Positions 11,660 to 24,730 are shown, counted from the stretch's first letter. The stretch is 64,000 nucleotides of DNA from Octopus sinensis (GCF_006345805.1 NC_043002.1:3782001-3846000); one strand, 5' to 3'. The notes: generated by a model from the sequence alone, not told the origin. A program made the numbers and translations.

Positions 11660-11900
11660 AATATCATCCTTTAACGTCTGTTTTCCATGCTGGCATGGGT
11701 ATATATCATCATCATCATCATCATCATCATTATCATCATCAACATCATCACTTAACGTCCTCCCTCCATGCTGGCATGGGTAGGACGGTTTGACAGGAGC
11801 TGACCAGGCAGAAACCTGCACAAGACTTCTGTGACTGTTTTGGCAGGATTTTTACAGCTGGATGCCCTTCCTAACACCAACCATTCAGCAGAGTGGACTA
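11660..11900 (-). mobile_element. Two family C 3' stubs
   Basis: (CAT)n-TTAACGTC..CCATGCTGGCATGGGT occurs twice. Confidence 0.75.
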
Positions 11901-11938
11901 ATAATTGTATTCCCATGCAATTATTATCATATAGATAC

Positions 11939-12344
11939 CAGGGACGTGCCACCTAGGTAGGCAAGGTAGGCAGTGCCTACCTTGAATAAAATAGATCAAT
12001 AGTAACATTTTCCTTTCATGGCAAAATATGCAACTAATTCAATAAAATTATGAACATTACTCTGATTACTCCGCATAAATTGCAAAAGATCTTATTTCTT
12101 CTGTAGATTAAGTAAGCATAATTCACTCCTGCTTTTCAATCTCAGTATTAAAGCTACGCATAGTAATGCCGTAGTACACATGCTGCGTACACTCCTACAA
12201 CAACGTTTTCTTTACGTGATATAAAGGCAGAAGTAAATCTGCCTCCAACTCAGTCCTGCACCTGTGTTTCGCTTATTTTTTGTGTTTTACTACATAAATG
12301 TCACCAACTGCCTACCCTGAGTAATTACTGACGGCTCATGCCTG
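11939..12344. mobile_element. Putative hAT-like MITE
   Basis: Imperfect TIRs CAGGGACGTGCC / GGCTCATGCCTG, subterminal GGTAGGCA/TGCCTACC repeats, degenerate 8-bp flanks ATAGATAC/ATATATAT. Confidence 0.5.
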
Positions 12345-12410
12345 ATATATATGTTGTCCAGCACAAGCCAGCATGGAAAATCGATGTTAAATAATGATGG
12401 TGATGATGAT

Positions 12411-12448
<38 letters not shown>

Positions 12449-12958
12449 ACTAATATTTTATCAACCAGACTATTGGATGTTGTTATACATCGCTAGTCAC
12501 AATGTGCTACCAATTTTTTTTCTTGAGTTCACCATTCTTTTCCATCCTGGCCCAAATCATTTAATTAAATCACTTGGTTTTTACCTCATATGATTTGAAT
12601 AAATAGTGTGGAGGTGCTCAGATGTTAATTATATATCTTTAATAAGAAACATTTCTCATGGAAATGGAAAAGTCATTATCCTGGAGGATGGTGAGGGAGA
12701 TGCACGGGAGCAACCACTTTAACCCTGGGGGGGGGGACTTACATTTGTGGACAGCCATCTCTGCCCTGAGAGTGGTGAGCAGGGATGGGGTCTGGAGGCC
12801 AAGAACACCGGAGGTCTCCATTATTAAAAGCTCAACCATAAACCTGTTGGAGGAAAGCCAGGACCCAGGATCACATTGCAAGCATAGCTTCCAGGAAATT
12901 TACCAAAAATTATTTAGAAAAAGGATAAAGACTGAGAAGAGAATCTTAATAAACAACT

Positions 12959-13123
12959 AGGCACAGGATGGCGGTGTGGTAAGTAGCTTGTCTACCAACC
13001 ACATGGTTCCGGGTTCAGTCCCACTGCGTGGCACCTTGGGCAAGTGTCTTCTACTATAGCCTCGGGCCGACCAAAGCCTTGTGAGTGGATTTGGTAGATG
13101 GAAACTGAAAGAAGCCCGTCGTA

Positions 13124-13163
<40 letters not shown>

Positions 13164-13378
13164 TGTGTGTGTTTATGTGTCTGTGTTTGTCCCCTAGCAT
13201 TGCTTGACAACCGATGTGTTTATGTCCCCGTTACTTAGCGGTTCGGCAAAAGAAACCAATAGAATAAGTACTGGGCTTACAAAAGAATAAGTCCCGGGGT
13301 CAAGTTGCTCGATTAAAAAGGCGGTGCTCCAGCAAGGCCGCAGTCAAATGACTGAAGCAAGTAAAAGTGTAAAGAGTA
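12959..13378 (+). mobile_element. SINE family A, full length
   Basis: Collinear with the family pattern. Confidence 0.9.
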
Positions 13379-14144
13379 ACTACTTGAGATAAGTTGACAG
13401 TTGTTGAATATAATGTTTAATGACGACTAATTAGTTCTAATATGGGTGTGGGGGCACTTGTAAGATCTTATCAGCCCCACCTTTAAAGCTTAAGAAATGT
13501 ATAGGGGCTTTGTTCCATTATCAAGTGTGTTTTGATAGCTGTAGGATTGTCATCCTGTATTCTTGAGAAAGTGATAGAAAGATAGAAGAAGAAGGCAGAG
13601 AGAGAGAGGGAGGGGGAGAAAGAAAGAGAAAGAGAGAGAGGGATTAAACCTGTCAAACCCTTCAGAGAAATAATTTAGACAATCCACCTGAAGTACTCCA
13701 GAAAATCCCACAAAATATGGAGACAAGCATGTGTACACTCAAGCACACCCCTGTCACACCCCTGCGAAAAAAATGGAGTTCTTATCTTGGGATTCCTAGA
13801 AAATTTGTCTAAAAATACAATTAGGAATTTCCCAAACTGTGTTCTATTTCTTAAAAATTCCCAATCAAATTATTTATAAACTAATTATAAATTTTGAGGC
13901 CATCTTGAGGTTATTCAACAAGTTCTCTTTCACACCTTTTAAAAGTTGTTCATTTTTGGTATTCTCCATCAGAATTTAAAACAACTGAAATGATTTGACT
14001 TCTTTTCAAAAGAATTTGTCAGTAAAAATAATGTTCTTTCTTGAAGAAATTAGACTCTGTGATTAAGCCAATTTAACTAATTGCCTTTGTAACAACAACA
14101 AGTTTGAAGGTAAAGGCAAGGATGAGGATCAAAATATAACAACC

Positions 14145-14500
14145 ATCATCATCATCGTTTAATGTCCGCTTTCCATGCTGGCATGGGTTGGATGGTTTGA
14201 CTGGGAAACTGGTAAGCTGTGGGGGCTGCACCAGGTTCCGATCTGATTTAGCAAGGTTTCTATGGTTAGATGCCCTTCCTAATGACAACCAAGAGTGTAG
14301 TGAGTGCTTTTACGTGCCACCGGCATGGGTGCCATTGACCTGACATCAGCCATGACAATGGTCTCACTTAGCTTGACAGGTCAACACAAGCTCAGTATAC
14401 CACCAGGGGTCTTGGTCACCTATCACAAGGCCCGACGCTTGAATGATACTTTTCACATGCCACCAGTGTGGATGCTGGTCAGACTGCACTGGTGTTGGCC
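14145..14500 (-). mobile_element. Family C element (same subtype as 11305)
   Basis: (CAT)n tail, GGATGCCCTTCC motif, shared upstream module. Confidence 0.75.
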
Positions 14501-14590
14501 ATTATTAGGCGGCACCATGATAACAATAATCGTGGGGCTCCATCGGTTATGACAACAAGGGTTGTCATAACATTTCTTGCTCCTTAAAAG

Positions 14591-14664
14591 CTGTATTGAA
14601 AAAGTTATGATGAACATGAAACAACCTCACGATGCCGACAGAGAATTTAATGTAATTGAATTTG
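14591..14664 (+). CDS. Candidate internal exon (CIEKVMMNMKQPHDADREFNVIEF), phase 2-1
   Basis: Acceptor CATTTCTTGCTCCTTAAAAG|, donor TTG|GTAGGT, 74 bp open in the phase-compatible frame. Confidence 0.35.
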
Positions 14665-14744
14665 GTAGGTGGAAGTTTCCTTCGTGTGTGTGTAAGTGCT
14701 TCTACCTCGTAAAAGAGAGGAGGAAATATATATAATCCATTCTG

Positions 14745-14889
14745 CAGAGTGGTTCATGTTAGGAAGGGCATCGAGCCATAAAAACCATGTCAAAACAGAC
14801 AGCGGAGCATGATACAGTCTTCTGCCTGGTCAGCTCCTGTCAAACTGTCCAGCCCAAGAGGTTGTTAAATGATGATGATGATGATGATG
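14745..14889 (+). mobile_element. Family C 3' stub
   Basis: GGAAGGGCATC..TGTTAAAT(GAT)n. Confidence 0.65.
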
Positions 14890-15043
14890 AGTGGCAGTGT
14901 GGTAAGTAGCTTGCTTCCCAACTACATGGTTCCGAGTTCAGTCCCACTGCGTGGCACCTTGGGCAAGTGTCTTCTACTATAGCCTCGGGCCAACCAAAGC
15001 CTTGTGAGTGGATTTGGTAGACAGAAACTGAAAGAAGCCTGTC

Positions 15044-15088
<45 letters not shown>

Positions 15089-15328
15089 ATATATATACAT
15101 GTGTGTGTGTGTATGTGCATGTATATGTTTGTGCATCTGTATTGTCCCCCCAACATCGCTTGACAACTGATGCTGGTATGTTATGTCCCCGTAACTTAGC
15201 AGTTCGGCAAAAGAGACTGATAGAATAAGTACTAGGCTTACAAAGAATAAGTCCTGGGGTCAATTTGCTCGACTAAAGGCAGTGCTCCAGCATGGCCACA
15301 GTCAAATCACTGAAACAAATAAAAGAAT
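14890..15328 (+). mobile_element. SINE family A, full length
   Basis: Collinear with the family pattern. Confidence 0.9.
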
Positions 15329-15329
15329 A

Positions 15330-15545
<216 letters not shown>

Positions 15546-16084
15546 GGCTCATTTGATCGCTACACCTTCAGAGAAAACACGGATTTCAAAAATGGCCAGT
15601 TAAGTCAAAAATCTCAACCTGCTCTTTTCATATTTTTAAGCGTTTTGTTTGATCTGTTCCCCTTTCGTTTCTCTCTTCTCTAAACATGGCGACTTCATGC
15701 ATTTTTAAAGTTTATCTTTTCTTTCAACGCCATCTTCGATGCTTATTCCATTCTCCTCCGAAAATATGCCCCTCGTATCTCATCATCGTATTTCTTATTT
15801 ATTTACTTTCATTCTCTCTCTGGCTTCCATTCAGTCATTTATCTAATTATTATTTTTCCCTTCAAATATAGTATTCAAACTAGCTGCTTCGATTTCGTCG
15901 CCCACCCTCCCACCCCCACCACCAAATACCGGATGTTTCTACCCAAATACCGGAAACTACCCCACTCCCCCACTAGCACCTATGTAGGGTTTATCTGATC
16001 ATATAGCGCAAAAATTGTGAAAAGTATGCAGGTTGTAGTCTAGTGTTTCCATATGAAATCTGCCAGATGCAAGCTTTCTTTTCA

Positions 16085-19000
16085 GGTACATGACACGGCC
16101 GTCCCTCATCCCAGGGTCTCTGATGCCCACACCTCCCACACCCTCAGAGTTGGCACGCTCAATGTTGGCACATTGAAAGTAGGTCTGGAGAGATTGTAGA
16201 GCTACTTGAACGGAGACGTGTGGATGTATGCTGTATCCAGGAAGTAAGGTGGAGAGGAGGTTCTGCTAGGCTCCTCACAGGCAAGGAACACAGGTACAAG
16301 ATTTTCGGGGCAGGGAACACTGACGGGGTCGGGGGCGTGGGTATACTTCTTGCGGAGAAATGGGTAGGTAAGGTAATCGAGGTAGTCAGAGTAAGTGACA
16401 GAATAATTAAAATTAGATTAGTCCTTCACCATAGGACAGCTACCATCATCTCAGCATATGCCCCTCAACCAGGGTTACCGGAAGGACAAAAAGACCAATT
16501 CTATGACACCCTATTGCGGACTACCTCATTGACAAATGACAGTGACCTTCTCTTCGTGGCAGGTGATTTCAATGGACATGTTGGACGACATGTCGGGGGC
16601 TTCCATGGCGTCCATGGAGGCTACGGTTTTGGCTCTCGTAATGAGGAGGGAACCAGGCTGCTGGAGTTCTGCGATGCAAATGACCTTATGGTCTGCAATA
16701 CCAACTTCAGGAAACCCACCTCTCACCTAGTCACCTACCGTTCTGGCAGACACACCAGCCAGATTGACTACATCCTTGCCAGAAAAAGGGAAAGAGGCTG
16801 ATTATAAATGCCAAAACCTTTCCAGGCGAAGAATGTACTCCCCAACATAGATTAGTGGTTAGCGACTTCAGGATCAGAGCTAAATGGTTGCCCAGAAGAA
16901 GACCAGCTTGGAGGAGAAGGGTCTGGAAGCTTAAACATCCTGCAAATGGACAGAGATTTAGAGACATACTACTCGAGCCTTTGACGAAATAGAAGGGGAT
17001 ATAGCTTCACTAATGTGGAAGACAACTGGAGATTCCTACGGGACAATCTGCTGACAGCCACTGACCAGATCTGTGGATGGAGCAAAGTACCATCTCGACC
17101 CAGAGTAACATGGTGGTGGAACACTGTGGTTGACAGGGCTATTAGACAAAAGAGACAGGCTTGGAAGGACTGGAAGAATGGTGGTAGCAGGGAATTGTAT
17201 CAGACAGCCAGAAGGGAAGCTAGGAGACAGGTTTATCTAGCCAGAGGGGAAGCGGATAGAAAAAATTTGCCAATGTTCTGAGCCGTGAGGATGAAAGACT
17301 TGAGGTATTTCGTGTTGCAAGACAGTGTGTGAGAGAGAATCGTGATGTGGTAGGAGAGAAGTGTGTTCGCATGGATGATGGTTCACTTGCGCTAAATGAG
17401 GATGCAAAGAGAGAGGTTTGAGATGCCACTATGAAAGGTTGCTGAATAAAGAAAATGAATGGGATAAAGAGAGTCTGCCGAATGTTGACCCAACAGAGGG
17501 ACCAGCTATCCGAGTTGATAGTTCCGTGGTAGCTAAGGCAATTAGAAGCATGAAGACAGGGAAGCCCCAGGCCCATCAGGAATTACTGCAGAGATGCTCA
17601 AAATATCTGGCAGTGTCGGCTATAGCCTGGTCACCCGTATAGTCAACCAGGTGATACACGAAGGAGTCATACCCAATGACTGGTGTAGCAGCACACTAGT
17701 CAACTGCTACAAAGGTAAAGGTGATGCCCTAGATACAAATAATTACAGAGGTATCAAGCTGTTGGATCAAGTAATGAAGGTTACGGAGAGGGTCATAGCC
17801 CAACTAATTAGAGAGAGAGTTAGTTAGATGAGATGCAGTTTGGGTTCGTGCCAGGGAAAAGTACCACTGATGCTATATTCCTGGTAAGGCAGCTCCAGGA
17901 GAAATACCTAGCCAAAGATAAGCCCCTGTACCTGGCTTTTGTTGACATGGAGAAAGCTTTTGATAGGGTCCCCCAATCCCTTATCTGGTGGTCAATGAGG
18001 AAACTGGGGATAGATGAATGGCTGGTGAGGACTGTGCAAGCCATGTACAGAGATGCCGTAAGTAAGGTTAGGGTTGGCAACATGTACACAGAAGAATTCA
18101 AAGTAGAGGTTGGGGTCCACTAGGGTTCAGTACTCAGCCCCCTCCTATTATCATAGTCCTCCAGGCAATTACGGAGGAATTCAAGACAGGTTGTCCCTGG
18201 GAGCTCCTCTACGCTGACGACCTTGCTCTTATTGCTGAGTCACTATCAGAGCTGGAGGAGAAGTTCCAGGTGTGGAAGGAGGGTTTAGAATCGAGGGGCC
18301 TTAGAGTCAACCTAGCTAAAACCAAAGTACTAATAAGTAGGAAGGTAGACAATCCACAAATGTCTTCAGGAAGATGGCCCTGCTCGATCTGTAGAAAAGG
18401 TGTAGGTAGAAACTCTATAGATGTACCCAGTGTAAGCTATGGACACATAAGAGGTGCAGCAATGTCAAAGGTAGGCTAACTGGGAAGATAGTTTTTGTAT
18501 GTGGCAGATGCTCTGGAGCATTAACCTCCGAAAATCTGCAGAAAATAACTTCCGTCACTTTCCAGGGGGAAAAACTAGAAGTAGTTGATAGCTTCCGTTA
18601 TCTAGGTGACCAAGTCAGTAGTGGGGGTGGGTGCGCTGAAAGTGTAACGGCTAGAATAAGAATAGCCTGGGCAAAGTTTAGGGAGCTCTTACCTCTGCTG
18701 GTGACTAAAGGCCTCTCGCGTAAAAGGCAGACTGTATGATGCGTGTGTACGAACAGCCATGCTACATGGCAGTGAAACATGGGCCGTGACTGCCGAGGAC
18801 ATGCGTAAGCTCGTGAGGAATGAAGCCAGTATGCTCCGATGGATGTGTAATGTCAGTGTACATACTCGACAGAGCGTTAGCACCTTGAGAGAAATGTTGT
18901 ACCTAAGAGGCATCAGTTGTGGTGTGCAAGAGAGACGATTGCGCTAGTATGGTCATGTGGCGAGAATGGATGAAGATAGGTGTGTGAGAAAGTGCCAATC

Positions 19001-19851
19001 CCTAGCAGTTGAGGGAACCCGTGGAAGAGGTAGACCCAGGAAAACCTGGGACGAGGTGGTGAAGCACGACCTTCGAACTTTAGGCCTCTGAGGAAATGAC
19101 CAGCGACCGAGACCTTTGGAAATATTCTGTACGTGAGAAGACCAGGCAGGACAAGTGAGCCCAGCCCACTTATGAATGCCTTCCTCCCTTGGACACAAAG
19201 ACCTGTTGAGGCAAGCGAAGTCGATATAGAACCTCATCCGACGACAGGCACCCATGCCAACCCCCTTTGCTTGCGAAGACATGTTGGGGCAAGCGAAATC
19301 GAAATCGAATTGAACCAGCCAGGATCCCTGGTCTGGTGGTACATAAAAAGCACTATCCGACTCGTGGCCGATGCCAGCGCCGCCTCCACTGGCTTCCGTG
19401 CCGGTGGCACGCAAAATACACCAATCTGACCGTACGACAGGCACCCATGCCAACCCCATTGCTTGCGAAGACATGTTGGGGCAAGCGAAATCGAAATCGA
19501 ATTGAACCAGCCAGGATCCCTGGTCTGGTGGTACGTAAAAAGCACTATCCGACTCGTGGCCGATGCCAGCACCCCCTCGTTTGGCTTCCGTGCAGGTGGC
19601 ACATAAAATACACCAATCCGACCGTGGCCGTTGCCAGCCTCGCCTGGCACCTGTGCAGGTGGCACGTGAAAAGCACCCACTACACTCACGGAGTGGTTGG
19701 CGTTAGGAAGGGCATCCAGCTGTAGAAACATTGCCAGATAAGACTGGAGCCTGGTGCAGCCTTCTGGCTTCCCAGATCCCCGGTCGAACTGTCCAACCCA
19801 TGCTAGCATGGAGAACGGACGTTAAACGATGATGATGATGATGATGATGAT
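16085..19851 (+). mobile_element. RTE-clade non-LTR retrotransposon, near full length, ORF disrupted by stops and frameshifts
   Basis: APE endonuclease motifs (LRVGTLNVG, DVCCIQEVRW, AGDFNGHVG, SQIDYIL); RT motifs (NYRGIKLL, QFGFVPG, FVDMEKAFDRVP, LYADD); RTE C-terminal LHGSETW and RGRPRKTW. Stop at 19156-19158, then about 690 bp of 3' UTR ending in (GAT)n. Confidence 0.93.
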
Positions 19852-19947
19852 ACATATAGTTGAAATTTTCAGAAAAGCAAAACATGAAGACAGGTGTATA
19901 AACAACAAACAGGTGTATTAGTTTAACACTTGGGAAGGTGAGAAAGT

Positions 19948-19983
19948 CTTTTACATTTCAAGCCTATGCTCTTCAACAGAAAG
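19948..19983 (-). ncRNA. Degenerate hammerhead-like motif in a Penelope-type fragment
   Basis: CUUU-CUGUUGA-A-GAGC-AUAG-GCUU-GAAA-UGUA-AAAG. Core A6 is changed and stem III is broken (CpG-decay pattern), so it is probably inactive. Confidence 0.35.
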
Positions 19984-20357
19984 GAACATGAAGAAATAAA
20001 CAGTGAGAGAATATATACATATATACATATGTATATATATATATAAACTGTACTGAGAGAAGAAGAAGAAACGAAACGAAACGGAACGAATCAAATCGAC
20101 GCGAGGGCGCTCAGTCATACAATAGTGTAATAAATAAAATAAATAAATAAAATATATGCATACATACATACATATATGTACATACCTACATCTACATGTA
20201 TATATACATGCATATATAAATATATATACGTGAATATAGGACACCACAAATAGACGCAGAACTCAACGAGAACGAAAACGTAAAAACAAGCACCTTTTTT
20301 TTACAAAGAAAAAACAGAGTACAAGACAACTACACAAGGAAAAATCCCCTTCATCAG

Positions 20358-20403
<46 letters not shown>

Positions 20404-20519
20404 TAGATAGATAGATAGATATAGATATAGATGTATACATATATATACAAACATATATGTGAAGACTTATATATATAATAGGGCCTTTGCAAAACTTATA
20501 GTAAAACAGTGAAAGCAGA

Positions 20520-20816
20520 TGAAAGTACAGCAATGAATCGGAATTACGTTTCATAAAACATTTTATGAATGTATAAGTCTTCTTCACATCTATGTTTCTT
20601 ACTGGGTTTTATGCCTGTTTCCCCCTTTTCCATCTGTTCAGATCTTTAGGGAAAGTTCCCAATGCACCTATAACTACTGGGATACATTTTACCCGCACTT
20701 TCCATAGACTCTGTAATTCAGTGTCTAGGGCGTGGCACTTTGCTATTTTTTCTATACCTCTCATATTGATTTTGTGACTGTAAAGTCAATTATCTGATAC
20801 TTTCTATTCTCTTTAT

Positions 20817-20864
<48 letters not shown>

Positions 20865-20865
20865 T

Positions 20866-20901
<36 letters not shown>

Positions 20902-22132
20902 CCCCCACCACCACCACCAACAAATCAGGCCTTCTAGATTCTTTTACTCTGTTGGTCAGAATGTTAAAGCCCCACAACATCTTGTCTTTCTTACTTTCCT
21001 GTACTTTACTAGGTTCATGTTCATACAATTTATCAATGTGTTCAAATCCTAGCTTTCTACATAACTCCCAGTGGATTACTCATTCTATGTTGTCATGTCT
21101 TTTCTTGTATTCTTTCTGTACCAGCATGCTACATTCACTTAATATATAAGTAACAATTTCCTATTTTGATTTGCATAATCTACATTGGGAATTTACTTGG
21201 TTTTTGTCTATCTTGGCTTTTATCCAATTAGTCCTTAATGCTTCATTTTGTGCAGCTACTAACAATCTTTCTGTCTCCCTCTTCAGCTTTCCCTTCTGCA
21301 GCCGTAACCATGTCTCACTACTACTATTTGCTGAACCTATCTTTGGGAATCTACCATGCAACACCTTCTCCTGCCAGTCAGATAATTTCTGTTATTTTTT
21401 CTAGTTTTAAGTTCATTTGGTGTTTTGATTTCCCTATGTGTTGTGGTAGACACCCCCAAATGAGAAGTGGGCTGTTCCACTACTGTTAAATAATGGACAG
21501 ACACAGCAAGCAGTGTCAGTCAGTGAGGTACGCTGTTCGGGCCAGTCATGCAGACAACGAAGTTATGTCGTCATAACGTGGGACATATCACCATGTCTTT
21601 TTGTGACTCTAGCAGCCTTTAATAAACTTTCTTCACTATTACCTACATAGGAGTCTACATCTACTCTACCTAACTCCATCCAGTCTTCCACTGATATTAA
21701 CCCTCTTTCACCTTCCTTTCTAAGTAAGTATAATCTTGCTACTCCTGCCCTTGGTTGGAGTCCTCCATTCATATTGAATCCCTTCCTAGTTCTTCTCTCT
21801 AGCTTTCCTAATTCAGTTTTTCTCCAATCTACAATAGCTGCTGAGTATCTAAGTAATGATGCTGCCCAAGTATTCACAGCCTTCACAAGATTCGAACCAT
21901 TTAGCTTTGACTTCGTTAGCTTCCTCACCTTCTGATGTACTCCTTCTCAATTTTTGTTTTCATTTCTATAGTTAGTACTTATACTCCAAGATACTTACAA
22001 CACTCTCCTTCTTTTAATGATTCTAATGTCTGGTCATCTGGTAATTGGATGCCCTCGCTGTTGGCTACCTGTCCCCTTCTCATGACTAATATTGCACACA
22101 TATCTCTGCCAAATTGCATGCCTATACCTTTT
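20520..22132 (-). mobile_element. R4/Dong-clade (RLE-type) LINE relic, 5'-truncated
   Basis: Translated fragments GIGMQFG..KYLGV, RLYL.RKEG.RGL, AAQNEALRTN, CRLC, LWGFNILT..RRPDLLVV, IPVVIGALG; many stops and frameshifts. Confidence 0.88.
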
Positions 22133-22202
22133 ATTATTGTTGTTGTTGTCGTTGTCATCATTGTTGTTGTCATCATCATCGTCGTCGTCGTTGTTGTTGC
22201 TG

Positions 22203-22234
<32 letters not shown>

Positions 22235-22430
22235 GTTGTTGTTTTTGTTGTTGTTATTAATATTATTAATATTATTATTATTACTAATTTCATTTCACTT
22301 TTCAGAGCTCTCAACTTCACTTCCTCTGGCTAATTCTGTAAGAGAGGAAAACAATCTACCTCGACGACGACGACGACCACCACCACCACCACCACCACCA
22401 CCACATCACCACCACCACCACCATTATTTT
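22133..22430. repeat. Compound (TTG)/(TTA)/(CCA)n microsatellites
   Basis: Direct. Confidence 0.9.
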
Positions 22431-22861
22431 CAATATATTCTTTTATACATTAATTTGTAATGTTTCCCTTTTTTTAAACCTAGTTTCGTAATTTCCAAGT
22501 CTTGCTCTATTTCTCAACTCTTCACCAGACAATGTAGAGATTCATCTCAGTTTTAAAGTTTGTTGTTGTTGTTGTTGCTGATGAATGGGTGTACTTAGTT
22601 CCATACCAAATCCTTTATCTGAAGACTAACTTAGAAAGAAATTAGACTCCAAACTTAAAAACATCAGCTGTGAAAATATAAACAAGAATTTATTCCTTTT
22701 GCTTGATTACAAATCACACAATTTCTGGGTTTTTTTTATTCTTTAGTCTGAGAGATAAGGAACACTGACCATTATCTCCTTAGGCAGTGTCTCATAGATC
22801 ATTCCAGCCTCAGACCCACAGACGAAATTAAATGAACAAGAGAACATACATACATACGGGC

Positions 22862-22893
<32 letters not shown>

Positions 22894-23789
22894 GGCCTGG
22901 ATGTGAAGTGTGGTGTTTTCTGTACTGTTTTAATGGAGAAAATGAAACAACATCAAAATAATAAAAAACAAAAGCCCAGTGACCAATCAGGAATTGAACC
23001 CAGTTGATGTACCTTGACTGGGTTCGATTCATTCAAGGCTTCTGTTTTAGCAGTCAATGAAGAATAAAAGACACCATCGACTGATCACAGCAGGTTTTTG
23101 ACACTAGAATCACTAACAATGAAGATCTCACTATTAGATGAAGGGGGGGGGCAACCTGTCACCATTTGGTGTTGTGTCAATTGAATCAGCCTGAAATAAA
23201 TAAGAATTGATTATTATTTTTTTTTAATATATGCAAATATATTCAGATCTAACCATCTGAGACCACTCCTGGGGTCTATAATACAAACTTCCTGTATCAA
23301 AGTGATCTCAAGTGTAACCTCCTTCAGGAAGTTCCTCTTAATTCATATTTCCAAGCCCCAGTTTAACCCCTTCGCTTTCAGATTTCTTTCTCAACTCTAA
23401 TGCTTATTCTATTCCCGTTGTTTTGAATTAGTCCTGCATTCTCTCGTGAGAAGTGAGATTTCTGTGATGTTACTCTTGACTTTGGGAACGATATTGTAGG
23501 GTAGGTGTAAGAGGCTGGATCTGACTGGTTTGAACATAAGTGGGGTAGAGTATTTGGGGCCGGATATGGCTGCTTTGAATGCTAAAGCTTTTAAAAAGAT
23601 GTTTGTAAAGGATGTGTATTGAAAAATTAATTGAAAAGCAGGGTTGTTTAGGTTGATAAAGTTTCACATTATTTTTTAGGGAGGAGAAGATAAGAAATTG
23701 CTTAACTGTTACTCATATCTTTAATTTCTTAAACTTGGAACCAAGTATATACCCAGTAGTAAATAAAAGATTCAATTATAAATTTAATT

Positions 23790-24018
23790 CTTTATTGCCC
23801 ACAGGGGGCTAAACATAGAGGGGACAAACAAGGACAGACAAAGGGACTAAGTTGATTACCTCATCCCCAGTGCGTAACTGGTACTTATTTAATCGACCCC
23901 AAAAGAATAAAAGGCAGAGTCAACCTTGGCGGAATTTGAACTCAGAACGTAGTGGCAGACAGAATACTGCTAAGCATTTTGCCTGGTGTGCTGACAACTC
24001 TGCCAACTCGCTGCCTTC
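23790..24018 (-). mobile_element. SINE family B with GTCCTTGTTTGTCCCC-type tail
   Basis: Head, B-box, core and tail all present. Confidence 0.85.
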
Positions 24019-24051
24019 AAATGCTTGATGATATTGAATCCAGAGTTGAAT

Positions 24052-24214
24052 AGGCGCAGGAGTGGCTGTGTGGTAAGTAGCTTGCTAACCAATCACATGG
24101 TTCCGGGTTCAGTCCCACTGCGTGGCATCTTGGGCAAGTGTCTTCTGCTATAGCCCCAGGCCGACCAATGCCTTGTGAGTGGATTTGGTAGACGGAAACT
24201 GAAAGAAGCCTGCC

Positions 24215-24262
<48 letters not shown>

Positions 24263-24490
24263 ATGTCTGTGTGTTTGTGTGTGTGTGTTTGTCCCCCTAG
24301 CATTGCTTGACAACCGATGCTGGTGTGTTTACGTCCCCGTCACTTAGCGGTTCGGCAAAATAGACCGATAGAATAAGTACTGGGCTTACAAAGAATAAGT
24401 CCCGGGGTTGATTTGCTCGACTAAAGGCAGTGCTCCAAAATGGCCGCAGTCGAATGACTGAAACAAGTGAAAGAGAGAGAGTAAAGAGAG
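24052..24490 (+). mobile_element. SINE family A, full length
   Basis: Collinear with the family pattern. Confidence 0.9.
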
Positions 24491-24557
24491 TTGCATTCCA
24501 ATTCCATGAGTTTCTCTGGCTCCAGTCTACATCTTAAAACTGTTCCCTTTCTTGCAG

Positions 24558-24730
24558 GCTTCTGTTGTGTGTTGCATGGGTTTACTTCTACAGAGGCTTT
24601 GCTTAAAACCAGTAAAAATGCTTCAGGCAAAAGAAACACAATTAAACAGCTTGTTGAAGGACAAAGCATAAAACATGTCCCACAATTTTTTGCTGTTGCA
24701 TGTGTTGAGAGCTTAATCCTGAGAAGACAG
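24558..24730 (+). CDS. Candidate internal exon (GFCCVLHGFTSTEALLK...FFAVACVESLILRRQ), phase 1-0
   Basis: Strong acceptor TGTTCCCTTTCTTGCAG| and donor CAG|GTAAAA; 173 bp fully open in only one frame; product unknown. Confidence 0.5.

Noticed and set aside
12620-12900. Penelope RT relic (SLLTTL..ILQDNDF)
   Set aside because: Only a faint motif resemblance and needs frameshifts; insufficient evidence.
19625-19680. HDV-like ribozyme (GCC-TCGCCT-GGC resembles P3/L3)
   Set aside because: No P1 or P2 partner strands and no catalytic J4/2 segment could be placed.
20340-20361. Hammerhead 5' half (CTGATGAAGGGG, minus strand)
   Set aside because: No matching stem II/GAAA half found nearby.
23500-23622. 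LRR-like terminal exon GRCKRLDLTGLNIS..
   Set aside because: Weak acceptor, single imperfect motif, no linking exon.
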